From Myxococcales bacterium (GTDB lineage: Bacteria > Myxococcota > UBA727 > JABDBI01), in contig CP060221.1 of NCBI GenBank assembly GCA_023898405.1, positions 2,322,481 to 2,386,480 of the forward strand: a stretch of 64,000 bases of DNA. Direction: 5' to 3'. Numbering within the stretch: position 1 is the first letter of the stretch; the number at the start of each line of letters is the position of its first letter. Positions 40,279 to 49,609 of the stretch are shown here, one piece after another. The translations under genes were made by a program, and so were the position numbers. The notes beneath the pieces are model-generated. The model did not search any database. It was not told where the DNA came from and worked only from the letters and a program-made list of their open reading frames with translations.

Positions 40279-40625
40279 AATTTTGTGGAAATTAGATGTA
40301 AGTCAAATTTAAATGAACATTAAATTGTTTCCTAGTTATCGCGTGCGCTTCGTATGTTCAAAAATTGAATGCTTATCTAAAATTGTTATAGTTTTTATGG
40401 TTTGAGCTTTTAGAAAAACTCAAGTTATTATCTTTTGTTGTACTCAATTGTTTGCTCTATCCAAAGAGTGCTTTAATAATTTCAGAGCATTTGCAACGCC
40501 CACAATGTGCTTAGTCATGCCTATGATAACTGGCCTAGGCCCTTTTCTAACTCGTACTTCCCTTTGCTTTTAGGGCTTTGAAGGTACACGCGCCCATGCT
40601 AAGCTGACTCGTTGGAGCTGGGGGG

Positions 40626-41474
40626 TTAGGGCAGACTTAGCTGGAAAATTGCAACATTGGGATTGCCGTCGCTCAGTCTCTTCCCTTTATCGTTTAGAAA
40701 GCGATCTGCATCCTTTCTAAGTCCTAAAAGCTTTAGTTTGTACTTGCCGGGTCTATACAGAATACGGTCGATCTCATCAGGTTGTTGGCGGCACGTACCT
40801 CCTTTTGCTTTTTTACTGGTTATTTTCTCATAGTTCTCCTTGCAGATGGCAGTGACATTTTTATTTTCGGTTATACTATCGATTGCATCAGTGAATCCTA
40901 GACCCTTTATCAGCTGGTCAAAGGCGCTGGTTCTTCGTATCATGTCTTCCTGATCGGAATAATGACCACTAGGTTTTAGTTGCTTTCTTGTTTTACCTTC
41001 CCGTTTTGGACTCATATTAAAGTCACCCATAAGGATAACGGAGCTGTCGGGACTAGAATTATCATTAATAAAATTGATTAATTGCTTAATTTGCTTAAGC
41101 CGAGCCTCATGTTCGACAATTTTATCACCTGCATGCATATGCGTATTATATACGTCTATAATAGCGCCATCGATATTTAAGCGCGTCATTATGACACCCT
41201 TTGACGCCAACATATCACCAGCGCATTGTGTAGGAAGACAGTTAGCAATTGCCTCGTAAAACGTATACTTGCTGCTTACAATAGGAAATTTAGAAAAAAC
41301 AGCGAGGCCAGAATTGGTAAGGAAGGTGTTAAGGAGAAAAAGAGGTCTTTTTTTGGATAGATAAAATTTATGTTTGTGTTGCAAGTTTTCTGTCAATAAA
41401 TCGTATTTCCGCTTATCAATAGTAAAAACAGCCCAACTGCAGGCATTAACGTTTTTTTCATTACAATTCTCCAT
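40626..41474 (-). CDS. EEP-family hydrolase (sphingomyelinase/nuclease-like), paralog of 632-1513.
   Basis: EEP motifs (NTHMHAGD, ILMGDFNMSP). Confidence 0.55.
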   Translation of the reverse strand: MENCNEKNVNACSWAVFTIDKRKYDLLTENLQHKHKFYLSKKRPLFLLNTFLTNSGLAVFSKFPIVSSKYTFYEAIANCLPTQCAGDMLASKGVIMTRLNIDGAIIDVYNTHMHAGDKIVEHEARLKQIKQLINFINDNSSPDSSVILMGDFNMSPKREGKTRKQLKPSGHYSDQEDMIRRTSAFDQLIKGLGFTDAIDSITENKNVTAICKENYEKITSKKAKGGTCRQQPDEIDRILYRPGKYKLKLLGLRKDADRFLNDKGKRLSDGNPNVAIFQLSLP

Positions 41475-41661
41475 TTAATATTTTTTAGAATGCCCATTTC
41501 AATAGTGCGAAGGATTGCTTCAAAACTTGAGTTTATCTAGTAAAATCAGCATAGCTGTGCACTTGTTTGATCCGCATAACTGATAAGAGTGGCTGCGTTG
41601 ATATTGCCAAGCAAAAAAGCCCAAGTTGAAGTTTCTTAGAATTTCGTGAGCAATAAGGGGC

Positions 41662-42924
41662 TCAGGGCTTTTTAACCACTACACCTGCTTTGGAATCAAT
41701 AAGTCTTTGTGGTCCGTCAGGCATTTTTAGGCCCATAAAATCAATATTAAGAAGCTCCAAAGTAATAAAATTATGCTTTTCAAATAATTGTCCGAGTTGT
41801 TCTGCTGTAAACAAATTATATATGGTGTGATGCCAATCAGTTATAACTACACACTTACCTGCTTCTCCGGTATCAGATCGGACGATGTCAATTGGTTTTG
41901 ATTTGGTTATCATATCATTGTGAGTGAGCGTGCCGTCCTCTTGTAAAAAACCAGGTGTAAAAAGAGCCGGTACCAGATCTGGCGACCCAGTAATATTAAC
42001 CATGAGTGTTTCTTCAGTGATAATTGGAGGGCATCGGTTTGGGGATGATGCTCTGGTGATGATATTGTTAAAACAGTAAGCACAAAAATACGTAGGTTCA
42101 TTTCTAATGCCAAAACCTGGGTAAGTGCAGTTAGATTCTTTATTATTTTCATAGAAGTCTAGCAATTGTTTTTTTTCTTGAGGTGAGTCAGTTAAAATAT
42201 ATGCGATCCCTTGGCTTTTTAGCCAACCGTGAATTTTTGAGATAATTATTTCATTTTCATGCGGTGTATAAAAGTGCATGACGTTTTTACAAATAATAAT
42301 GTCAAAAAAATTTTCCTCTAGTCGTAAATTATCGCTGAGAATTGAGTTGGGGTTTATTTTGTATAAATCTTTAGAAACTTCGCCATCCATAGTCCAAAGT
42401 GTACGATGTTTCCATATTTCTCTATTTGCCTCTAGTGCAATATTTTTCAGGTGCTCTACGCCTTTGTAATGCCCACCAGCAGCTAAAATTAAAGGAGCCA
42501 AGAAGGCATAACCACAGCCTAAATCCAAAACTTTAGGCCGGATTCTGCTCTCATCGAATAGCTGGGCGATTTTTTTTAAAATATCTACGTCAAAAGCAGA
42601 TAGTTTAAAAAAGGTGTATCCCCAGTTCTTGTCTTGATTGGCTATATCTCTTGAAACGTAGTTATAGGATCCTAAATAGTCGCTAATTCGTTCATAGGTG
42701 GTAGTTCTAAGCCATGTGCTAACTTCGCTTTGACTCGTGTGATCTATTTTTCTTGGTAAAGCAGACAGGATATAAAAAGTCTTCACTTTGTTTTGCTCGA
42801 TCATACTTTGGCGGTCTGCCTCGTTAGTGAGCTTAAAATCTATATCTTCTACGGGATATTTTAAGAAGTCTTGGCTCGTTACCCTAGAACAAAAAATAAG
42901 AATGAGTAAAAATAATATTTTCAT
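41662..42924 (-). CDS. Secreted class I SAM-dependent methyltransferase with a C-terminal extension.
   Basis: Signal peptide MKILFLLILIFCSRVTSQ. Motif I VLDLGCGYAF. Motif II FDIIICKNVMHF. Confidence 0.5.
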   Translation of the reverse strand: MKILFLLILIFCSRVTSQDFLKYPVEDIDFKLTNEADRQSMIEQNKVKTFYILSALPRKIDHTSQSEVSTWLRTTTYERISDYLGSYNYVSRDIANQDKNWGYTFFKLSAFDVDILKKIAQLFDESRIRPKVLDLGCGYAFLAPLILAAGGHYKGVEHLKNIALEANREIWKHRTLWTMDGEVSKDLYKINPNSILSDNLRLEENFFDIIICKNVMHFYTPHENEIIISKIHGWLKSQGIAYILTDSPQEKKQLLDFYENNKESNCTYPGFGIRNEPTYFCAYCFNNIITRASSPNRCPPIITEETLMVNITGSPDLVPALFTPGFLQEDGTLTHNDMITKSKPIDIVRSDTGEAGKCVVITDWHHTIYNLFTAEQLGQLFEKHNFITLELLNIDFMGLKMPDGPQRLIDSKAGVVVKKP

Positions 42925-43256
42925 GAAATTTCCCTAAAAAAAATAATTATGCTGCGCACTGGTCAAATAATTGTGGGCACATTTTTGCCTGGAAATTGCT
43001 TTTTTGGAGAGCAAGAAAAAAAACATTTTGTTAAGTTTATCTAGGAGAATCATTAAAAAAAGCCACTTAGGTGAGATATTTTGGAAATCGTAACTAAAAA
43101 GTTTGAATATTTTAGTCAGCTCGCTAAAAAAATATTTATGATGCTCGATATAGATTTGCAGTTTTATTAATTATCTAAGACGTTTCCAACATATACATCG
43201 AATAAATCTAAGAATATTTATCAAGTGAATGCCAAAAGCAAAATCCATGTTTGTTA

Positions 43257-44161
43257 GAGGCTGTAAAAAAAATCAAATCTCAGGTGGTAAGCCAATTTTC
43301 CAATCGTCTGATACATAATCTTGCATTAGCGATGTAGTTCATTGATTCCTGATGCTTTGTATTCTTCTCATAGTTACGCACCAGACGCCTATTTCGATTC
43401 AGCCAAGCAAAAGTTCGTTCTACGGCCCAACGAAATATTTGTGGTACAAACCCCTTTTGCCCTTTTAAACGTTCCGCAGTTTCTGTGCTTACGCCTACTC
43501 TCAAGCCTGAAGACAAATTCTTATATGCGTTATCTCCAAGAATCTTCGCTAATCTGGGAAACTTCTCGCGCTTATTGAGCTCAGTAACCAATTCCTCGCC
43601 GGCAACCCTATCAGATACATTTGCTGCGGTACAAATGCATAGGAGCATCAATCCCATCGTATCAACAACGATGTGGCGCTTTCTTCCATTAATCTTCTTT
43701 CCCCCATCCAAACCACGCTCATCTACTCCTGGTTCCGCTGTCTGTGATTGGGAGTCGATGGAAACAAGTGAGGGGCTTGCATCTCTGCCAGCACAGGTTC
43801 TGACTATTGCCACGAGAATGCAGTTTAAGACCGCCCACAAACCAGAAACAGACCAGGTGCGAAAATAGTGATAGACAATACCGTGAGGAGGAAAGTCATT
43901 GGGTAAACAACGCCACACACAGCCGTTCTTTAAAACATAGAATATGGCATCAACTATGCTCCGAAAGCTATAGACACGACGTCTGCCTCGTTTGGCGTTA
44001 GCAGGAAAAAGTGGCTCAATCACTTCCCAGGCACAATCTGACAAACAGGTCTCATACAAGCACGACATGATATTTCCTTTCAAAAAGGTTTTCACGTCAT
44101 ACTTTCGTCACAGCGACATTTATTGAACCAGAATTGCCAAATTGATTTTTTTTACAGCCTC
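43257..44161 (-). mobile_element. IS5-family insertion sequence, 905 bp, with 20-bp terminal inverted repeats and a 3-bp TTA target-site duplication.
   Basis: IRL GAGGCTGTAAAAAAAATCAA at 43257-43276 is the reverse complement of IRR at 44142-44161. TTA at 43254-43256 and at 44162-44164. A single transposase ORF lies inside. Confidence 0.75.
43280..44095 (-). CDS. IS5-family DDE transposase.
   Basis: 271 aa. N-terminal LSDCAWEVIEPLFP...RSIVDAIFYVLKNGCVWRCLP is typical of IS5/IS427-group transposases. Confidence 0.8.
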   Translation of the reverse strand: MKTFLKGNIMSCLYETCLSDCAWEVIEPLFPANAKRGRRRVYSFRSIVDAIFYVLKNGCVWRCLPNDFPPHGIVYHYFRTWSVSGLWAVLNCILVAIVRTCAGRDASPSLVSIDSQSQTAEPGVDERGLDGGKKINGRKRHIVVDTMGLMLLCICTAANVSDRVAGEELVTELNKREKFPRLAKILGDNAYKNLSSGLRVGVSTETAERLKGQKGFVPQIFRWAVERTFAWLNRNRRLVRNYEKNTKHQESMNYIANARLCIRRLENWLTT

Positions 44162-45044
44162 TTATCGTGCAATTATTTTCCCCAATAAGAAACTCGTCGA
44201 GGATCAGAGGGCTTCAGTTTTCGTGAGCAAATTGCTCGTAACTAACGCGCTCGAAATTTCGCGTTCGAATCACTTGACGATAGCATCTACTGGAAAGGTA
44301 CTGGTCACTGATGCTTGGAAGGCGAGTACCGCAAAAAAAACCGGTTTGACTGTTGATTCTCCTCGGCGCCTTGTTGATAAATCCGATTTATGGCGTTTGT
44401 GGAGTCCTTCGATTAATTTATACGAATCAACTATAACAGCTCCGTCAATTCGCGTTTTAAGAAACAGTTCAGCTACTCTGAACAGTGCTCGTATTGTGGC
44501 CGACGAGTTTGAAACTGTTGGCGCAGTTGTCAGTGTCGTTGGAGAGTCAAAAATAAAAAGCAATTTGGTTCTTTCAGGCGATAGTTACCTGTTCTTCGAT
44601 GAAAACAGCGATTACAAAAAGAAAGCTAATAGCTCCGATTTTGAGCTTGTAGGAATGCGTATGGGGTTGCTTGAAATAGAAGGATCTGCAAAAGTCGATG
44701 CAAAAATCTCGATGCATGTGCTTTGGCAGCCTGGCGACGTAGAGAAAAGTCGAAAAGATTATGGGACTATTTTTAGTAAACAGCAGAAAATTGTATTACT
44801 AAAAGCACAGAAGCTTTCAGGACATGCGTCGCTAATCAGTCAAGATGAGGCTCAAAAAGAGCTCGGGCACTACCAACGTGACATCAACTACGTCGAAGAA
44901 TTTGCGCGTTATTACAATAAGAAGTTCGCGTTGGAACATGATTACGACAAAGGAACAATATCGCTTCGTATCATAGATAAAGGAGACCCTCTAGCTCGGC
45001 AGATAGATTCTCATGGCTGCCTACCCGACATTGGAAGGCATTAG
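44142..45044 (+). CDS. Hypothetical protein with no signal peptide. N-terminus may be truncated by the IS insertion.
   Basis: The ORF begins inside the IS right inverted repeat. Local GC is higher than the surroundings. No recognisable domain. Confidence 0.3.
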   Translation: MIFFTASYRAIIFPNKKLVEDQRASVFVSKLLVTNALEISRSNHLTIASTGKVLVTDAWKASTAKKTGLTVDSPRRLVDKSDLWRLWSPSINLYESTITAPSIRVLRNSSATLNSARIVADEFETVGAVVSVVGESKIKSNLVLSGDSYLFFDENSDYKKKANSSDFELVGMRMGLLEIEGSAKVDAKISMHVLWQPGDVEKSRKDYGTIFSKQQKIVLLKAQKLSGHASLISQDEAQKELGHYQRDINYVEEFARYYNKKFALEHDYDKGTISLRIIDKGDPLARQIDSHGCLPDIGRH

Positions 45045-45749
45045 CTGAATCACTCAATGTATGGGTACTTGAACTCGAACCACTGTAAATCACGTATGCA
45101 GAGAGTTTCTTTCATTCAAGATCCAAGAGCAATTTTAAACATTCTGGTAGTGTCACATTTGGAAAAATTGCATACAACAATTCTGCGTTATTCAAATACT
45201 TTTTCTGCCGTATCTCGATTTTTGTTTTGTGATCCTTATTATATGATTTGATGGCAGCTCGATTTGCACCGCTTTTATCTTGTGGGCAATACCATATAGT
45301 TTTTAATAGCTTTGGCTAAAGATCTCCTGGCTGCACTTTTATCACCTTTGGCGGTGAGAAGAAAATCAATGCTTTGGCCGGATTTATCAACTTCTCGATA
45401 AAAATATTTCTACTTGAGCTTAAGCTTGGATTATAGCTCATTTTTTATAAGTCTCCTATGGAGGAATGAGCGACACTACCATCAGAACAGTGAGTATGGT
45501 GCTTGGCTTATTTTAAGTGCTGTAAATAAGACTGAAATCGCTAAAATTATTTTGTATTGGAGTTATATGGGGATTATTTTTTAATAAAAATATTTTTTGT
45601 TGGATTGTATAATTGGTTTTTATTTATTGTGATTATTTGGTTTTATTTGATGGTTTGAGATGATTTGTTTACGATGTTGAAGTTGATAGCTGTTTTGTTA
45701 TGTTTAGAAATTTTTTTGGAAAAATATTTTTTAGCAAAATAGGTTTGTT

Positions 45750-47039
45750 ATGAATTCGGGCTCTAAAGGTGTTTGGCTCTGTTTAGTTTTTCTGTGCGCT
45801 CCCATAATGTCGATGGAAAACGAAATAGCAGCATTATTTAATTCCTACTATTATTTGACGACTGCAGAAGCCCAAGATAACAATGTCCGGCAAATTAAAA
45901 TAGAGGAGTTTTTAAAAGCTAATCCTCAATTTCGTGACGTGCGCGATGTTTTTTTTATGTCTTGCCAATTGCTATTGGAGGAAGGGCAGTTCAAGGCAAG
46001 TGAGCTATTGAAAAATACACCCATTATTTTTTCTGCTCTGTTTTTATCGAATGTTAAAGAATGGAGCTATCTACTTGAACACATTAATCCCAATGATTTT
46101 AGGACGTATAGATTAGGTATTATCGAGCAAATCTATAGTGTTTTAAAGACTTATGCATTTTGTAAGGGGAACCCCTTTAGTGAAGAGCGGCTTTTACCCT
46201 TGCTTGAGAGAAATGTTGAATGGCTGCTGGGCGCGTATACTGCTCATGATTTATCTATGCGTATCAATGTTTTCCTTAGATTGAACGGCTATGAAATGTC
46301 GCATCTTTACGTGAAATATGACGCCCGCAGTTACACACAACCCGGGGATGAAAAAAGTAATCCATCTAGTTATGATATTTCTATTGCTCATCTTTTACCT
46401 GATAAAAAAACATTTTTTATTGCTTTTAATAAATTTACTAATCATTCTGAAAATGAATTAACACAAGCACTACTTCATTGCTTCAAAGAACAACACAATA
46501 TTATTATAGACATGCGCAACAATGTTGGTGGCTTGGGAACAGCTCTTAACAGTATTCTTAGTTTATTTTTTGACCCACAAAAATTTGCTGTAACAGCAGA
46601 CAGAGAGACTGTGGCATTGGCATGCGACAATAACTTATCAGTTGATTACAACAATCACTATGTTTTTTTTGCAGAAATGGGGCGGGTTAAAGAAGAAGAT
46701 GTCTTCTCAGTATTTTTTGATAATTCTCTCAAAAGTTATCTCGGTCGAATTGCTTTGTTGGTTGGTTGCAGAACCTCAAGCGCTGCTGAGATTTTGGCTT
46801 ATGTTCTTCAAAAAAGTAATAAAGCAACAATCATTGGCCAAACAACAGCAGGAGCTGTATTGGCTGCCCGAACGTTCTCATTGAATTGCGGTTTAAAAAT
46901 TACCTGTCCCATAGGAGATGTTATTTTTTATGACGGAACTACCTTAGAAAAAAACGGGGTTCAGCCAGATATTGAGGTGAATGAAAATATGTCTTGGCAG
47001 CATGCTCTTCATGGATGGATACAATCTGCTTCCCTCTAG
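45750..47039 (+). CDS. Secreted S41-family (C-terminal processing/tail-specific) peptidase-like protein.
   Basis: Signal peptide. IIIDMRNNVGGLG matches the DLRNNPGG motif. LVGCRTSSAAEILAYVL matches the SASASE nucleophile region. Confidence 0.5.
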   Translation: MNSGSKGVWLCLVFLCAPIMSMENEIAALFNSYYYLTTAEAQDNNVRQIKIEEFLKANPQFRDVRDVFFMSCQLLLEEGQFKASELLKNTPIIFSALFLSNVKEWSYLLEHINPNDFRTYRLGIIEQIYSVLKTYAFCKGNPFSEERLLPLLERNVEWLLGAYTAHDLSMRINVFLRLNGYEMSHLYVKYDARSYTQPGDEKSNPSSYDISIAHLLPDKKTFFIAFNKFTNHSENELTQALLHCFKEQHNIIIDMRNNVGGLGTALNSILSLFFDPQKFAVTADRETVALACDNNLSVDYNNHYVFFAEMGRVKEEDVFSVFFDNSLKSYLGRIALLVGCRTSSAAEILAYVLQKSNKATIIGQTTAGAVLAARTFSLNCGLKITCPIGDVIFYDGTTLEKNGVQPDIEVNENMSWQHALHGWIQSASL

Positions 47040-47391
47040 TTTGTTTTAAATAATTATTGTTCATTATGTTGATTTACTTTGATTAAAAAGTGTGTTTGAT
47101 GTGTTTTGCAATTTTAGATTGCAGTACTCTTTATCAAGAAATAAAAATATGGAAAATTATTTAATAGCTTTTAATTATTTTCAGTTAGATCAATCAACTT
47201 GTGTTTATGAAAAAGCGCAGTTGCTGAAGAAAATTGCAGAGCTTCAAAGCGTAAGAAAAGATATTATAGAAAATCCTAATCAGAAATATCAAAGTTGTGT
47301 ACCAAAGAGCGAACTCTAGTCATTTTCAAAAAAGAGGGGTAAAAATGGAGAAAAATTCAAAGAATGGCTTAAGAAAGGTGGACTTGACAAG

Positions 47392-47643
47392 ATGATAATG
47401 CTTGATTTTACCAGAGCTAATTTGGATTATACAATATTTTCACCAAAAAATCACAATAACAACAATAACAACAATAACAACAATAATGCAGTAGTTGTGC
47501 AAGTTGATGACAAAAATAGTGTCAATGATGAGCAAGATAAGCAAGAAGAAATAAAGGAGGTAAGCTTGACTCTTGAGCAATTGGAAAGTGGGAAGGTTAA
47601 ACCTGTTGATAAAATGAATATAAATTATCTTCTCAATGAATAG
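47392..47643 (+). CDS. Small ORF with a poly-Asn tract. Possibly a fragment of a decayed gene together with 47092-47319.
   Basis: 83-aa ORF with a run of about 12 Asn. Neighbouring short ORFs in other frames suggest frameshifts. Confidence 0.2.
   Translation: MIMLDFTRANLDYTIFSPKNHNNNNNNNNNNNAVVVQVDDKNSVNDEQDKQEEIKEVSLTLEQLESGKVKPVDKMNINYLLNE
47455..47490 (+). repeat. AAC/AAT trinucleotide microsatellite, about 12 units, encoding poly-Asn.
   Basis: aat aac aac aat aac aac aat aac aac aat aat, seen directly. Confidence 0.8.
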
Positions 47644-48035
47644 CGCGTTAGCTTATAAAACTAGGTTTTTGAACCTATAGCACTTTAAAGCTCTCTTTGC
47701 TTATTGCTTAGAACTGCCTCTTTCAGGTTGGGCTTACGCCCCCATTAAGAAGGGGGCTGCCACATTAATTATTTTCTAACTTTATTGGAATATGGTGAGT
47801 TATAGACGCACGATATATTCCTGTTCATTTCTAAATTTTAATCAGCTTCTAGTTCTTCGTAGTTTTACTCAAGATAAGCTCCACATAGAGTTGATACAAA
47901 TCTTGCTTGATAAAGAAGAATTACTGCAAGAATAGTGACTGATAATCTGCAAAAATACTGAGAAGAACGCCGCTCTATTGTAACTACTATTTAGTTATGC
48001 ATAGGCTCCAGTCATACATACTAAAAGGATGTGAT

Positions 48036-48353
48036 ATGAAATTATTTTTCGCTCTTTTTTCTGTTGTGTTCTCGCTCATTGTCTTTGCTGCTGATATAGA
48101 AAGCACTACCCCCACTGATACAAAAGCATTAACGGTCGAGCAAATTAAAGGCCTGATTGCAAAACATATTAATCTTTACAAAGCTTTGATCGACCTAAGG
48201 TTCGAGGGCTGTGGTGGTACGAAAAGAGATGAGGAACTTTGCTTGGAGCAAAATAAAATTAAAAAGACATTAAAACTGCAACGCGAGAACAAAGCAATAG
48301 AAGAGCTCTCTATTCAAGAACAAATAGAATTTTTTACTTTAGTCTCCAACTAG
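48036..48353 (+). CDS. Small secreted hypothetical protein.
   Basis: Signal peptide MKLFFALFSVVFSLIVFAA. AAAGGA RBS. Confidence 0.4.
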   Translation: MKLFFALFSVVFSLIVFAADIESTTPTDTKALTVEQIKGLIAKHINLYKALIDLRFEGCGGTKRDEELCLEQNKIKKTLKLQRENKAIEELSIQEQIEFFTLVSN

Positions 48354-48626
48354 CAAATGCAAGAGGTTTATTATTTTAAGACTGGGTTTTTTGGGTAAAG
48401 AACTAAATCTGGACCCAAAGCAGTCATGCCAGATAAAAATCTGGCATTAAATTTTTGGGATAATGATTTTTGTAGTTTGATGCTGGTAGCTCATCAATTT
48501 TATCTGCAGCATCTTTTTTATTGAGGCTAACATCACTTTATATCAAGTGGAATCTAGTTAAAGAGTTGACAGCTTTTATGGGTATTGTAATCAGTGCTTA
48601 ATTAATTATATTTTTTAGGCACAATT

Positions 48627-49442
48627 ATGAAAAAATTAATATTTTTTATTACATGTTTTTCTTTTTATTCTATTTGTGGTGAGACTCCTCACAAAAATAT
48701 TGCCTCAGCACTTGTAATAAAGCCAAGCATGGCGGTGCAACCTCAAGGACCTGATCTTCCAGGAATGCTGGCTGAGCTTATTCGATATATTGATGACAAT
48801 GAAAATTTAAGTGATTCTCGCTATGAGCAATTTCTCAGCCAAGCAAACAATGCAGATTTTATTTTAGCTCTTGAGTATTTATTTAATAATTATTTTATAT
48901 CAGGTTATGAGTTTAGTAGTGATTGGCTTTTGACTCACTTTGAAAAAATGGCAAAAATAAACTGGGAAAAAGCTTTTGAGCTCTGGAAAATTCAATTTAA
49001 TAAAATACAAAATATTCAAAATGTTTTGATTATGAATGCTAATAAAGACTTTTCCCCAATAGATGCAACATTAACTTTTGCCGATTCTTTGCTTAATGAA
49101 TCACTTAAAAATGGTTTTACTGCTCCTTTATATTTTCTCAAAGAATTTGGTGGGAGACTTTGTTCTCTTGTCAGAAACTATAGCTTTTTTGAAATTAGCG
49201 ATGACGAGCAGCGTATTGATTTTCCTAAGACTATTTATGGTAGATTGTCCATGTTCAATAACGAATCTGGGGAAATGCTTGTTGATGCGTTCATTTCTTT
49301 ATTTTATCAGAGAGATTCTATTGCTTATTCAGGTTTAGGGGACCAGTTACAACAAATCTGGAAAGAAAGCAGCGAACAGTTCAAAGAAAAGGTAAGAAGA
49401 AACTTAGAAGAGCTTGATGATTGGGAGCCAAGTTTTTATTAA
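48627..49442 (+). CDS. Secreted hypothetical protein.
   Basis: Signal peptide MKKLIFFITCFSFYSICG. No recognisable domain. AT-rich. Confidence 0.4.
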   Translation: MKKLIFFITCFSFYSICGETPHKNIASALVIKPSMAVQPQGPDLPGMLAELIRYIDDNENLSDSRYEQFLSQANNADFILALEYLFNNYFISGYEFSSDWLLTHFEKMAKINWEKAFELWKIQFNKIQNIQNVLIMNANKDFSPIDATLTFADSLLNESLKNGFTAPLYFLKEFGGRLCSLVRNYSFFEISDDEQRIDFPKTIYGRLSMFNNESGEMLVDAFISLFYQRDSIAYSGLGDQLQQIWKESSEQFKEKVRRNLEELDDWEPSFY

Positions 49443-49609
49443 GAGTATAAAATAGCTAATTTTCACTAAATGGCTTTCATATTCTGAGGTAAAAAAAATA
49501 GTTCTTTTTCTATAGAGGCTAATTTGTATCTTTAATCAAGATCTTGGCTCTGGATGTAGAGATTTTCCTTTTATGTTACTTAGCCTTAAAATATAGGAGT
49601 ATCGAAATA

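Noticed and set aside
44142-44161. Possibility that the gene at 44142-45044 is the transposon's passenger or a second IS ORF.
   Set aside because: The ORF starts inside the right inverted repeat and extends well beyond the IS boundary defined by IR/TSD. It more likely belongs to flanking DNA, possibly truncated by the insertion.
45560-45740. T/G-rich stretch (ttgg/ttgt motifs) upstream of the S41 gene, as a possible tandem repeat or CRISPR-like array.
   Set aside because: No exact periodic unit and no repeat-spacer structure. It is just low-complexity AT/TG-rich promoter DNA.
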